Source: Longimicrobiales bacterium | GTDB lineage: Bacteria; Gemmatimonadota; Gemmatimonadetes; Longimicrobiales; Gaopeijiaceae | Reading direction: 5' to 3' | Length of the DNA: 64,000 bases | Assembly: GCA_965219445.1 (NCBI GenBank) | Contig: CBDCNQ010000002.1 | Coordinates: 608,001-672,000, forward strand | Shown: piece after piece, positions 50,063-60,189 of the stretch | Position numbering within the stretch: the stretch's first letter is position 1 | How the letters are laid out: every line of letters begins with the position of its first letter | The notes under the pieces: model-generated | Told to the model about the DNA's origin: nothing | Database searches by the model: none | Seen by the model: only the letters and a program-made list of their open reading frames with translations | Program-made: the position numbers and the translations under genes

Positions 50063-50308
50063 CGCGTACTCCTCCCTCCTCCGTCGTCTACGACGGCTAT
50101 GCACCAACAACTGGCGTTCAACTCCGACCGCTTAACCGCATAAACCATCATAATGGAGGAGTTTCACGCGTTCCGCAACAGCTCGGGGAGGACTCGGCAA
50201 TCGGCGAACATCTTCCGCCCCAGAGTCCTTTCGGGATGAGCTGATGCAGCCGCGGATCGTAGCCAAGGCGAAGGCCCGGCCACCATACCCGGATCAACCC
50301 GGGTGAGA

Positions 50309-50791
50309 TCAGCGGTTGCTCCCTCCCGAAGCGGACGGCCACAAGGGCATCTCGCTCATCGCGCTCGAGGTCGCATCCAGGGGGACTTCGCCGGCGGGAA
50401 GTCCGTTCAACTGGAACAGATAGGCGATGACGTCCGCGTAGGTCTGTCGAGGCAGCCCTCCCGGATTATCGTCCGGCATGTTGAACGAGACGTACTCGAA
50501 GATGTCGGCAACTGCCCGGTCACCCCAACGTCGCTGGAACGATGATCCGGTGAACTCCGCCTCCACGTGGCACCACACACAGTTTTCTCGGAAGAGCCCT
50601 TGACCACGGTTAGCCTGAGAGGTGGTGTAGAACGCCCCATCCGCCGAAGATTCCTCGACCGCCGGAGCCGCGTCGGCGGGCGACGGCTCTGCAGTGGGTA
50701 CGCCGCTGTCCGCGGTCGTTCCCCCGGGAGTGGAGGCGCATCCGGAGAGCGCCGCGACCAGAACACAACAGTTGAGAAAGAGCTGTTTCAT
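50309..50791 (-). CDS. Monoheme cytochrome c lipoprotein
   Basis: Lipobox LSGC, QANRG..LF...CVWCH, NMPDDNPG.L, AYL..LNG.PAG. Confidence 0.88.
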   Translation of the reverse strand: MKQLFLNCCVLVAALSGCASTPGGTTADSGVPTAEPSPADAAPAVEESSADGAFYTTSQANRGQGLFRENCVWCHVEAEFTGSSFQRRWGDRAVADIFEYVSFNMPDDNPGGLPRQTYADVIAYLFQLNGLPAGEVPLDATSSAMSEMPLWPSASGGSNR

Positions 50792-50949
50792 AGAAGTCCC
50801 CTGAGGTGAATGCCCAAACGTGGCGACGTTCACCGGCTTAAGGCAAGGTCTGCCGTCCCTTTGCGATCCCACCCGGATGCGGCTATATAGACGGAAGCGA
50901 GGCGGAGGTTCGCCTGTCTAACCCTGGAACGCTAGCTCAGGAGACCAAG

Positions 50950-52032
50950 ATGATCGCGAACCGCTGGATCTTGGGAATATCTGTCGCAGCCGGGATGGTG
51001 ATCTGTGCTCCATTGGACGCACAGATCAAGGGGGATCAGGATATCACCGGACCCTACGAGGTGGTGGAGGATTGGCTCAAGCCACTGCCCTGGCACCAAG
51101 AAGGGTTGACCTTTGGCCTGATTACAGCGGTTTACCCCGATACTCCGGACAGGATCTTCCTGCTGCAGGGAGGTGACTTGCCGGACCCTCGCCCTCCCCG
51201 GGGTCCGGGACCGCAGTCCAACTCTAACCACATTCCCGCCCATTTCGTGCTCGTCTTGAATGGTGACGGTGAGCTTATCGAGTCCTGGACGCAGTGGGAT
51301 CACCTCTTCGTGAGACCGCACAAGGTTCTCATAAGCCCTTACGATCCCGAGCGGCACGTCTGGATCGTGGACGACTGGGCCAGCCAGATCTTCAAGTTCA
51401 CCAACGATGGATCGGAACTGGTCATGACATTGGGGGAGAGGGAAATGACGGGGGACGACCAGAACCATTTCGCGCGACCGACCGACATGGCCTTCCTACC
51501 GGATGGTACGTTTTTCGTTAGCGACGGCTACGTGAACACGCGCGTGGTGAAGTTCAACAAGGATGGCGAGTATTTGATGCAGTGGGGGAGCAGCGGAACC
51601 GGACCGGGCCAGTTCAATCTTGTCCACTCGGTAAAGGTTGACTCGGATCGCCGCGTGTATGTCGCCGATCGCCGCAATGGTCGCATTCAGATTTTCGATG
51701 AGAATGGGAAGTTCCTCGACATGTGGGACGGGATGGCCCAGCCGTCTCACATGGTGGTCGCTCAGGATCAAACTGTTTGGATGAGTGACCCAACGCTCAA
51801 CCGGTTGGTACAGTTCAACTTGAATGGCCTATTCCTTACTTCCTGGGGCGCGGCAGGGAGTTTTCCGGGCGCATTCAACAATCCTCACCACTTCGACGTG
51901 GACCAGGACGGCAACCTCTACGTAGCGGATTACGCCAACTTCAGGGTGCAAAAATTCGTACCGAGGCCGAACGCCGATCGGCGCCGCTTGATCCAGCCTG
52001 CCTTCGCGTCGATCAACGCGATGGAGGACTGA
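50950..52032 (+). CDS. Peptidyl-alpha-hydroxyglycine alpha-amidating lyase (PAL)-like NHL propeller
   Basis: RPH, RPTDMA, SDGYVNTRVVKF, GQFNLVHS, VADRRNGRIQ, NPHH; signal peptide. Confidence 0.85.
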   Translation: MIANRWILGISVAAGMVICAPLDAQIKGDQDITGPYEVVEDWLKPLPWHQEGLTFGLITAVYPDTPDRIFLLQGGDLPDPRPPRGPGPQSNSNHIPAHFVLVLNGDGELIESWTQWDHLFVRPHKVLISPYDPERHVWIVDDWASQIFKFTNDGSELVMTLGEREMTGDDQNHFARPTDMAFLPDGTFFVSDGYVNTRVVKFNKDGEYLMQWGSSGTGPGQFNLVHSVKVDSDRRVYVADRRNGRIQIFDENGKFLDMWDGMAQPSHMVVAQDQTVWMSDPTLNRLVQFNLNGLFLTSWGAAGSFPGAFNNPHHFDVDQDGNLYVADYANFRVQKFVPRPNADRRRLIQPAFASINAMED

Positions 52033-52136
52033 GGGATCAGCGCCAGGTCACATATTGCGGCTCGACCGTCCACCCGTCGGCGCCGGGCCCCCAATCACAC
52101 GACGGGTATCCACCGGTACGGAGAAGGAGGCGGAAC

Positions 52137-53516
52137 ATGCGTTCGCTGAAGATGGTGCCCCATTATCTGCTCCTAGTTGCAGCGTGCTCGCCTGGAGCTG
52201 CGAACCAGGCGCCTCAGGCGACAGCGGACGTCACGGTGTTCGAGGGAGCCCTCCTCATCACGGGCGAGGACGGACCACCGATCGAGAACTCGGCGTTCAT
52301 CGTCGAGAATGGCAGGCTCACCGCCGTCGGGAGAAGCGGTGAGGTGTCGGTCCCGGCAGGCGCCGCGCGCGTCGACCTGAGCGGCAAGACCGTCATGCCC
52401 GCTATGGTCGACCTCCACGGCCACATCGGGTACCGAAAATACTTGAACAACCGGGTCGAGAACTTCACGCGGGAGAACATCGAGGACCACCTGCAGCGTC
52501 TCGCGTATCACGGCGTGACCGCGTTCCTCAGCCTGGGCACCGACCGCCGGGAGAGCGGGTACCGCATTCGCGACGAGCTACGCGGCAATCCCCTCCCCGA
52601 CGGGGCGCGGTACTTCACGGGCGGTCAGGGGCTGGCGAGGCCGAATGCAGGGCCCGGCATTCCCATGCGATTCGCTGCGTACGCCATTTCGACGCCAGAG
52701 GACGCGAGGCTGGCTATCCGAGAGATGGCGCTCCGTCACGTCGACTACATCAAGATTTGGGTCGATGACCGAAGGGGGCGGGTGGCGAAGCTGACACCGC
52801 CGCAATACCGTGCCGCCATAGACGAGGCACACAAGCACGGCATCCGCGTGATGTCTCACACCTTCCTGCTCGAGGACGTGAAGGATCTCTTGCGGTCCGG
52901 ACTCGACGGCTTCGCTCACAATGTCTGGCGCGCGGAGGGGGTGGACGACGAGCTGATAGAGATCTTTAAGGAGCATCCCGACGCGTTCGTCCTCGACACC
53001 TTCTGGGGAAGCCGCAACCAAATCTTCGGCGGCAGGCCTGAGTGGATAGACGATCCCCTCCTGCACGAAACTTTCTCTCCTGAAGAGATCGCGCTCCTGG
53101 AGAGACCTGACACTCCCGCGGACGCGGCGGAAGTCTGGGCCGCGGGCGAGGTGCCACGCAGCGTAATGAAGCTCAAGGAGGCCGGCGTGCGCTTTGGGGT
53201 GGGGAGCGATATTGGGGGGATCAGCGGAGGGCAGTTCTTCGGCTGGAGCGCGCACATCTCCATGGCCAGCTGGGTCGAAGCAGGCTTGACCCCGGCCGAG
53301 GCGATCATCGTGGCTACGCGCAACTCGGCCGAAGCCCTGGGGGTGGATGACCTGGGCACGGTGGCCGAGGGAAAGAGCGCGGACTTCATCGTCCTCGACG
53401 CCAACCCCCTCGAGGACATTGCGAATACGAGGAAGATCGACAGGGTCTACATGAGGGGCCGGGAGATCGATCGGGCGGCGTTACGGGCCAAGTTCCAACG
53501 GGGATGGTCGGACTGA
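52137..53516 (+). CDS. Amidohydrolase family lipoprotein
   Basis: Lipobox VAAC, DLHGH, IKIWVD, AH, GSD, GKSADFIVLDANPLEDI. Confidence 0.9.
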   Translation: MRSLKMVPHYLLLVAACSPGAANQAPQATADVTVFEGALLITGEDGPPIENSAFIVENGRLTAVGRSGEVSVPAGAARVDLSGKTVMPAMVDLHGHIGYRKYLNNRVENFTRENIEDHLQRLAYHGVTAFLSLGTDRRESGYRIRDELRGNPLPDGARYFTGGQGLARPNAGPGIPMRFAAYAISTPEDARLAIREMALRHVDYIKIWVDDRRGRVAKLTPPQYRAAIDEAHKHGIRVMSHTFLLEDVKDLLRSGLDGFAHNVWRAEGVDDELIEIFKEHPDAFVLDTFWGSRNQIFGGRPEWIDDPLLHETFSPEEIALLERPDTPADAAEVWAAGEVPRSVMKLKEAGVRFGVGSDIGGISGGQFFGWSAHISMASWVEAGLTPAEAIIVATRNSAEALGVDDLGTVAEGKSADFIVLDANPLEDIANTRKIDRVYMRGREIDRAALRAKFQRGWSD

Positions 53517-53683
53517 TCCTTTCGTAGGATCGATCCTCGACGGACCTTCGGGCAGCTTAGCTGCTCATCGGGGTGCCTAGCGGATGCCATGCCCCTATGA
53601 TGCCTATCCCTGTCGTGGATCTCGCTGGAATCGAGGTTGAAATGAGCAATCGTATGGCGGTGGTTGGTCGAGGCCATGAAGTG

Positions 53684-55297
53684 ATGTCGCCTTACTCCGC
53701 TCTACTAAGAACAGCGCTAGCCGTCCTCTCGGCTGTGTCATGGGCGGTCGTAATTCCCCTAGGCGCGCAGGCTCAGGATGCCCAGGTAACAGGGTGGATT
53801 CCGTTCACGCTCGAGGACGCTACGGTCGAATCGATCAACGCCGCGTTCGATGCGGGCGCGCTTACCTCCGAGAAGCTCGTCGCGCTATATCTCGCACGTA
53901 TCGGCGCATACGAGAACCGGGGTCCAACAATCAACGCCTTCATAAACATTCATCCCGATCCTCTATCGGTGGCGCGCGCGTTGGACCTGGAGCGGCAAAC
54001 GCTGGGCGCCCGCAGTCCCCTGCACGGCATACCGGTCGTCCTCAAAGACAATTTCAACACCTCGGATCTTCCCACGACTGGCGCGTCGCTCGCCTTGAAG
54101 GATTTGTTTCCGGCGCGGGAGGCCTTCGTAGTGGAACGCCTTCGTGCGGCTGGCGCCATCATACTTGGCAAGACCAATTTGACCGAGATGGTCTCCTCCG
54201 TGCTGGATTCCTCGCTCGGCGGGCGTACCTCCAACCCGTGGGATTTGACGCGCACGCCTGGAGAGTCCAGCAGCGGCACGGGTGCGGCGCTCGCTGCCGA
54301 TTTCACATTGCTGGGGACGGGCAGCGACAATGGTCAATCAGTGCGATCACCGGCTTCCGCTGGGGGCGTGGTTGGCATGAAGCCGACGATTGGCTTGGTC
54401 AGCTGCGCCGGCGTGCTGCCCAGTTCGCTCTCCCACAACGCGTGCGGACCAATGGCGCGGTCGGTTGCCGATCTGGCCTACCTGCTCGACGTGATGGCGG
54501 GCTTTGACCCGCGCGATTTCAGGACGCGCCTGTCGCTCGGACAGATTCCCGAGACCTACACGAGCTTTCTCGATTCGAATGGGTTACGGGGAGCGCGCTT
54601 CGGCATCGTGGTCGAACTGCTCGGCGACCGACCGGAAAATGCGGAGGTCAATCGCGTCTTCAACGCGGCGACTGTTCGCTTGGAGAGTCTCGGTGCAACG
54701 GTCTTTCCAATCCGGATCCCCGACATGAACGACTACAGGGGCATCGGGACCGACACGTATGAAACTTGGGATCTGTTGAATGCGTGGTTCGCCGAGCTCG
54801 GCCCGACCTCGCCGTTTCACGACATGGAGGACTTTTTGGAGCGGGGCACGTATGACCCGGGAATTGTGCCGCGGCTTCGACAGCGACAGGCTCACGCGGG
54901 GCCGGAGCATTTCGAGGAGTATCAACGGCGGCTGCTCAAGATGCATGAGTTTCGGAAGTTGTTGGTGGGTGTGATGGATCAGTACTCCCTGGATGCTCTC
55001 GTCTATCCCTTGCAACAGATCTTGGTCGCGCCGCATGGCGAGAGTAATGCCGGACGCAACGGCTTTCTCGCATCAATGGGAATGTTGCCTGCCATCGATG
55101 TGCCCGCTGGGTATTCAGCGCCGCTTCCGAACGCACCCGACGGGATTCCGATTGGCATGGATTTCCTGGGAAGGCCCTTCGACGAGGGGCGCCTCATCAG
55201 GCTGGCCTTCGCGTGGGAGATGAACGGTTTAGAGCGGCGTTGGCCGTCCAATACGCCGCCACTCCCCGGGGAAACGATCGATGTGGCGCCGGATTGA
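53684..55297 (+). CDS. Amidase-signature family protein, secreted
   Basis: LHGIPVVLKDN, LGKTN, GESSSG, GSDNGQSVRSPA, KPT.GLV, GPMARSV. Start approximate. Confidence 0.92.
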   Translation: MSPYSALLRTALAVLSAVSWAVVIPLGAQAQDAQVTGWIPFTLEDATVESINAAFDAGALTSEKLVALYLARIGAYENRGPTINAFINIHPDPLSVARALDLERQTLGARSPLHGIPVVLKDNFNTSDLPTTGASLALKDLFPAREAFVVERLRAAGAIILGKTNLTEMVSSVLDSSLGGRTSNPWDLTRTPGESSSGTGAALAADFTLLGTGSDNGQSVRSPASAGGVVGMKPTIGLVSCAGVLPSSLSHNACGPMARSVADLAYLLDVMAGFDPRDFRTRLSLGQIPETYTSFLDSNGLRGARFGIVVELLGDRPENAEVNRVFNAATVRLESLGATVFPIRIPDMNDYRGIGTDTYETWDLLNAWFAELGPTSPFHDMEDFLERGTYDPGIVPRLRQRQAHAGPEHFEEYQRRLLKMHEFRKLLVGVMDQYSLDALVYPLQQILVAPHGESNAGRNGFLASMGMLPAIDVPAGYSAPLPNAPDGIPIGMDFLGRPFDEGRLIRLAFAWEMNGLERRWPSNTPPLPGETIDVAPD

Positions 55298-55340
55298 TGA
55301 GGCTGGAGATTCCCATTCCTCGCGCGATGGAGGCTGTACC

Positions 55341-56414
55341 ATGTCATATGCAATTCGAGCCGGATTCGCGCTGACGGTCATCATGGTCATCACGGCGGTC
55401 GCGGTCCCTGCCGCCGCCCAATCCAACCCCTATCACCGAGTCGAGGCGCCGGTGCCCCCGGCACACATGAATGGCGGAGAATGGGGGGAGTTGATCGGCG
55501 TCGATGTCGATCCCCAGGGCAATGTCTGGGTGCTGCATCGATGTTTCAAGGCCGTGCTTGGACATCCTCGGGTGATTCCCGGGCACTCCGACGGCCAGAG
55601 CGCCAACTGCTTAGGACCGTGGGCCGCTCACCCGCCGATCATGAAGTTTTCTCCTTCGGGGGAGTTCCTGACGAGCTTTGGAGAAGGGGTGTTCGGTAGG
55701 CCTCACGGCCTCGCAGTAGACCACGAAGGAAACGTATGGGCAGTGGACGACAATTCGTACACGTCGGAGCCCGGAGTGGGCCATGTGATCTACAAATATA
55801 GTCCAAACGGTGAGCTGCTACTGACCCTTGGCAAGGTGGGTATTGCGGGGGATGGTGTCGACACCTTCGATCGTCCGACCGATGTTGCTGTCGCTCCGAG
55901 TGGAGAGATATTCGTGACCGACGGCCACGGCCAGAACAATCGCGTGGTGAGGTTTTCGAGCAAAGGTGATTTTCTCGGGTCATGGGGAGGCACGGGATCG
56001 GGGCCTGGCAACTTCAACCAGCCCCACACGATCGCCATCGATTCTCAGGGGCGGGTGTTCGTCGGTGACCGCGGAAATAATCGAGTCCAGATCTTCGACG
56101 GGGATGGGAATTTCATCGACGAGTGGAGGCAGTTTGGCCGCCCGAGCGGGATCTCCATCAATAGGGCGACCGACATGCTTTACGTAACCGACTCAACTTC
56201 GAACTCCAGAAGTGCCCCAAGTGTGAGGAGGGGCATTTATGTCGGGAGCGCCAGAACCGGCGAGGTCATGTATTTCATTCCAGACCCCGACCTGGAGCAG
56301 GCGGATTGGACCCGGATCTCAGGAGCGTCGGGTATTGCGTCAGACGCCACGGATACCGTCGTGTACGCGGCGGACGTGGCTCCCCACACACTGCGAAAGT
56401 ATGTGAGGCCGTGA
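55341..56414 (+). CDS. PAL-like NHL repeat protein
   Basis: RPHGL, FDRPTDVA, TDGH, QPHTIA, GDRGNNRVQ; signal peptide. Confidence 0.85.
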   Translation: MSYAIRAGFALTVIMVITAVAVPAAAQSNPYHRVEAPVPPAHMNGGEWGELIGVDVDPQGNVWVLHRCFKAVLGHPRVIPGHSDGQSANCLGPWAAHPPIMKFSPSGEFLTSFGEGVFGRPHGLAVDHEGNVWAVDDNSYTSEPGVGHVIYKYSPNGELLLTLGKVGIAGDGVDTFDRPTDVAVAPSGEIFVTDGHGQNNRVVRFSSKGDFLGSWGGTGSGPGNFNQPHTIAIDSQGRVFVGDRGNNRVQIFDGDGNFIDEWRQFGRPSGISINRATDMLYVTDSTSNSRSAPSVRRGIYVGSARTGEVMYFIPDPDLEQADWTRISGASGIASDATDTVVYAADVAPHTLRKYVRP

Positions 56415-56445
56415 ACGGCCCCAGCAGAAAGAAAGGGAGCGCTCC

Positions 56446-57513
56446 ATGTCGACTGTAACTCGAGCTAGCTTCGCGATCGCGGTCATCATGACCGTACCGG
56501 CGGTCGTAGTCCCTGCCGCCGCCCAATTCAACCCCTATCACCGAGTCGAGGCACCGGAGCCTCCGCCCCACATGAATGCCGGCGAATGGGGGGAGTTGAT
56601 CGGGGTCGATCTGGATCCCCAAGGCAACGTCTGGGTGCTGCATCGATGCTTTAAGGCGGTGCTTGGAGATCCTCGGGTGACTCCGGGCCACTCCGACGGC
56701 ATAAACGCCAATTGTGTGGGGCCGTGGGCCTCTCACCCACCGATCATGAAATTTGCTCCGTCAGGGGAGTTCCTGACCAGCTTCGGTGAGGGATTGCTCG
56801 GCCGGCCTCACGGCTTCGCTGTGGACCACGAAGGGAACGTCTGGGTCACCGATGTCATGGTTGTTCCTAACCAAATGGGCGCCGTCGTCATCAAGATCAG
56901 TCCGGACGGTGAAGTCCTGATGACGCTGGGCACCCCCGGTGTCACGGGGCAAGGTACCGACACGTTCAATAGGCCAAGCGATGTCGCCGTGGCCCCAAAC
57001 GGCGAGATCTTCGTCACGGATGGGGAAGGGCCCAACAACCGTGTGGTAAAGTTCTCGAGAGAAGGTCGCTTCATAATGGAGTGGGGAGCGACGGGATCGG
57101 AGCCTGGCAACTTCGACACGCCCCATACCATTGCCATCGATTCTCAGGGGAGAGTGTTCGTCGGCGACCGTGGTAACAATCGAGTCCAGATATTCGACGG
57201 AGACGGAAATTTCGTCGACGAGTGGAAGCAGTTTGGCCGTCCGAGCGGGATCTCCATCAATAGGGCGACCGACATGCTCTACGTAACCGACTCACATTCG
57301 AACTCCAGAGTTAACCCAGGTGTGAGGAGGGGCATCTCCATCGGGAGCGCGAGAACAGGGGAGGTCATGTATTTCGTTCCGGACCCCGACCTCGAGCATG
57401 CCGAATCGACCCGAATCTCCGGAGCATCAGGCGTCGCGTCAGACCCCGCAGACAGGGTCGTGTATGCGGCGGACGTGGCTCCGCACCAGTTGCGAAAATA
57501 TGTCCGGCCTTAG
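56446..57513 (+). CDS. PAL-like NHL repeat protein (tandem paralog)
   Basis: Closely similar to 55341-56414; RPHGF, TDGE, TPHTIA, GDRGNNRVQ. Confidence 0.85.
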   Translation: MSTVTRASFAIAVIMTVPAVVVPAAAQFNPYHRVEAPEPPPHMNAGEWGELIGVDLDPQGNVWVLHRCFKAVLGDPRVTPGHSDGINANCVGPWASHPPIMKFAPSGEFLTSFGEGLLGRPHGFAVDHEGNVWVTDVMVVPNQMGAVVIKISPDGEVLMTLGTPGVTGQGTDTFNRPSDVAVAPNGEIFVTDGEGPNNRVVKFSREGRFIMEWGATGSEPGNFDTPHTIAIDSQGRVFVGDRGNNRVQIFDGDGNFVDEWKQFGRPSGISINRATDMLYVTDSHSNSRVNPGVRRGISIGSARTGEVMYFVPDPDLEHAESTRISGASGVASDPADRVVYAADVAPHQLRKYVRP

Positions 57514-57757
57514 CGCCCCTTTGAACTTCCTCGTCCAGAACTTCTTAGAGGAGCTGAGGCAGGTGGTGCCGGATTGAGGACACATTCGAGTGAGGGCTCT
57601 GACGATTATTGAACCCGGTCTACAAGACGAGAACGGGATATGGATTGACAAGCAGCATCCTGCGAACTTACCGTGATCCCGTGAAGCGAGGCGCAGCGCG
57701 TATCGCCTAGCCCGTTCCAAGAGCCCACGATCACTGGCCAAGGGGGGAAGAAGAGTC

Positions 57758-59182
57758 ATGAACCGGAACATGCGGATTCGACGGCCGCTCGTCGACAACG
57801 TGGCGGTCAAGCTTCTGTTCGTGCTGGTCGGAGCTGGTCTTTTGACGCTCCATCCCGCGGCGCTTTCCGCGCAGCAGGCGCAAGACCAGGTGACCTACGC
57901 CAGGGACGTTGCTCCGATTATCCAGCAGAACTGCGTGACGTGTCACCGGCCAGGCTCCATCGGTGCTATGTCTCTCGAGACGTACGAGCAGGTCCGGAGT
58001 TGGGCGCCTCGCATCAAGGAACGCACCACGAAGCGCGAGATGCCCCCTTGGCCGATCGACATGACGGTCGGGGTCCAGGAGTTCAAGAACGATCGGTCTT
58101 TGAGTGAAGCGGAGATCGAGACCATCGCACGCTGGGTGGATGCGGGAGCGCCCATGGGAGATCCCGCGGAACTGCCACCTCTCATCGAGTGGCCGGATCA
58201 CTCGAACTCCTGGCGGTTCGCCGAGCATTTCAACCGGCCGCCGGATCTCGTGGTCCCCTCGCCACCCTACACGGTGCCGGCCGACGGGGCGGATCACTGG
58301 CCGAACCTGGTAACGCCGATACCGCTGACGGAGCAGCGGTGGATCGCAGCCGCCGAGTTCAAGCCGGAGAAGGTGGAGATCGAGGAGGTCTTCCATCACG
58401 CCAACCCCTCGGTGGGCAACCCGAACGTGCCGGGAGGGATGAACGGTTCGATAAGGCAGGTGCGGGGGATGGAAGGAATCATCTTCGCGGAAAACACCGG
58501 TGTGCCGATCGCTCCCGGAGATGTCGTCCGATGGGGAATGCACCTCTTCCCGATCGAGAGGACGGTAGAAGATGCTGTGCTCGAGCTCGGGCTCTGGCTC
58601 TACCCGCCGGGTCAACCTCCGGAGAAGGCGGTACCCAACGCTCAGGGACTTTCTTGTAGCCAGTGGGCCGGACATGGCTTCGACGCGGGCCGGTCAGGCG
58701 ACCTTGTCGGCGTGAGCGCCGACCCGCAGATTGGGCGGCAGGGCGACATACTCATTCCGCCGAACAGCCTGGCGACCTACCGCGGAGTCTACGTGCTGGA
58801 TCGGCCAGCCCGGCTTCAGAGCCTCCGGGCCCACATGCACCTGCGAGGCGTGTATCAGATCCTGGAGGCGATCTACCCGGATGGCCGGTGGGAAGTGATC
58901 AACAAGATGCACAACCATCACCGCTGGCAGACGGAGTTCCTCTACGAGGAAGATGCGATGCCGCTGTTTCCCAAGGGCACGGCCCTCATCTCGACCTGTG
59001 TCTACGACAACACGGAGGCCAACCCGTTGAATCCGGATCCTACCGTGTGGGTCACGAGAGGCTCGCGGACGGTCGATGAGATGGGCCATTTCCGGGCCCA
59101 GATGGTCTTCTATGACAGCGAAGAAGAGTTCCAGAAGGTGGTGGACGAAAGGCAGCGGCGGATCACCCAGGACCAGGAGTAG
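57758..59182 (+). CDS. Cytochrome c-fused PHM-like copper monooxygenase, divergent paralog D
   Basis: CVTCH...EMPPW, VFHHAN, MH, RAHMHLRG, DEMGH. Confidence 0.8.
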   Translation: MNRNMRIRRPLVDNVAVKLLFVLVGAGLLTLHPAALSAQQAQDQVTYARDVAPIIQQNCVTCHRPGSIGAMSLETYEQVRSWAPRIKERTTKREMPPWPIDMTVGVQEFKNDRSLSEAEIETIARWVDAGAPMGDPAELPPLIEWPDHSNSWRFAEHFNRPPDLVVPSPPYTVPADGADHWPNLVTPIPLTEQRWIAAAEFKPEKVEIEEVFHHANPSVGNPNVPGGMNGSIRQVRGMEGIIFAENTGVPIAPGDVVRWGMHLFPIERTVEDAVLELGLWLYPPGQPPEKAVPNAQGLSCSQWAGHGFDAGRSGDLVGVSADPQIGRQGDILIPPNSLATYRGVYVLDRPARLQSLRAHMHLRGVYQILEAIYPDGRWEVINKMHNHHRWQTEFLYEEDAMPLFPKGTALISTCVYDNTEANPLNPDPTVWVTRGSRTVDEMGHFRAQMVFYDSEEEFQKVVDERQRRITQDQE

Positions 59183-59322
59183 GAAGATCGGCGGATAGCG
59201 GATAGGTTGCTTTCGACCCCGACAAGGGGCTCCACATCGATCACGGCGAGACTCGGCCATCTGGACCCTCCAGATGGCCGAATCTCGTCCGAGGACAACC
59301 ATTGAAGAGCGAGGCCGAGGAC

Positions 59323-60189
59323 ATGTCCAAAGTTGCACTTTTGGTTGGCGGCTTCTTCTTGCTGCTCGCTGGATCCGTGCCCCTAGAGGCGCAGAATCCC
59401 CTCGCGGGTGCCGCCAGGACGGAGATGCTGCGGAACCTTCGCCCATCGGGTCAGCCGGTGGTTCCCATCTTCGAGGGTTGGTATTCCGAGCCAGACGGTT
59501 CTCACGGTCTCTGCTTCGGATACCACAACTTGAACCTTCAGGAAACGTTGGACATTCCTCTGGGACCGGACAACTTCATCGAGCCGGCCCGCTTCGACGG
59601 GGTCCAACCCACGCACTTCGATCCGGTGCCGATGAGCGGGGACCTGCGGTATTACTGCGTGTTCGCAGTGAACGTGCCGGCAGACTTTGGAAACCAGGAT
59701 GTCGTCTGGACCCTCAGGATCGATGACCAGGATTACTCGGTGCCCGGCCACACCACCGCTTTCGATTACCGAATTCAGGAGCCGGATCACCCTTCACTCA
59801 ACTCGGTAGCGCCGCTGGTTCGGTTCCTCGAGCCGGAGGGGCCGGAAGGGAGGGGGCGGGGCGGCGTCTGGGCCGGGCCCATGAGGACGGAGGTCGAGAA
59901 CCCTCTGTCGTTGAGGATCGAGGTGGCGGAACCCGAGACCACGAGCCAATATTCCGCCTTTGAGATGGTCACCGCTCGCTGGGCAATGCATCAGGGACCG
60001 GGAGAGGTGGTCTTTCAGCACATGGACGATGCAGCGTCCATGCCGCGAGGAACCGGGTTGACTACGACGGCGACGTTCAGCGAGCCTGGGAACTACATTC
60101 TGCGCGTGCAGGCCTTCGAAGGTAGGCGGGCTTGGCAGAACCATTGCTGCTGGACGAATGCCTACGTGGAGGTCACGGTCACCCCCTGA
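59323..60189 (+). CDS. Secreted hypothetical CC-motif protein, divergent paralog
   Basis: GQPVVPIFEGW, YHNLN, IPLGPDNFIEP, QPTHF, ATFSEPGNYILR, HCCWTN. Confidence 0.8.
   Translation: MSKVALLVGGFFLLLAGSVPLEAQNPLAGAARTEMLRNLRPSGQPVVPIFEGWYSEPDGSHGLCFGYHNLNLQETLDIPLGPDNFIEPARFDGVQPTHFDPVPMSGDLRYYCVFAVNVPADFGNQDVVWTLRIDDQDYSVPGHTTAFDYRIQEPDHPSLNSVAPLVRFLEPEGPEGRGRGGVWAGPMRTEVENPLSLRIEVAEPETTSQYSAFEMVTARWAMHQGPGEVVFQHMDDAASMPRGTGLTTTATFSEPGNYILRVQAFEGRRAWQNHCCWTNAYVEVTVTP

Larger units (their letters stand above)
43819..50181. repeat. Tandem amplification: monooxygenase x3, partner gene x2
   Basis: Near-identical blocks offset by 1378 bp (A to B) and 2482 bp (B to C). Confidence 0.95.
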
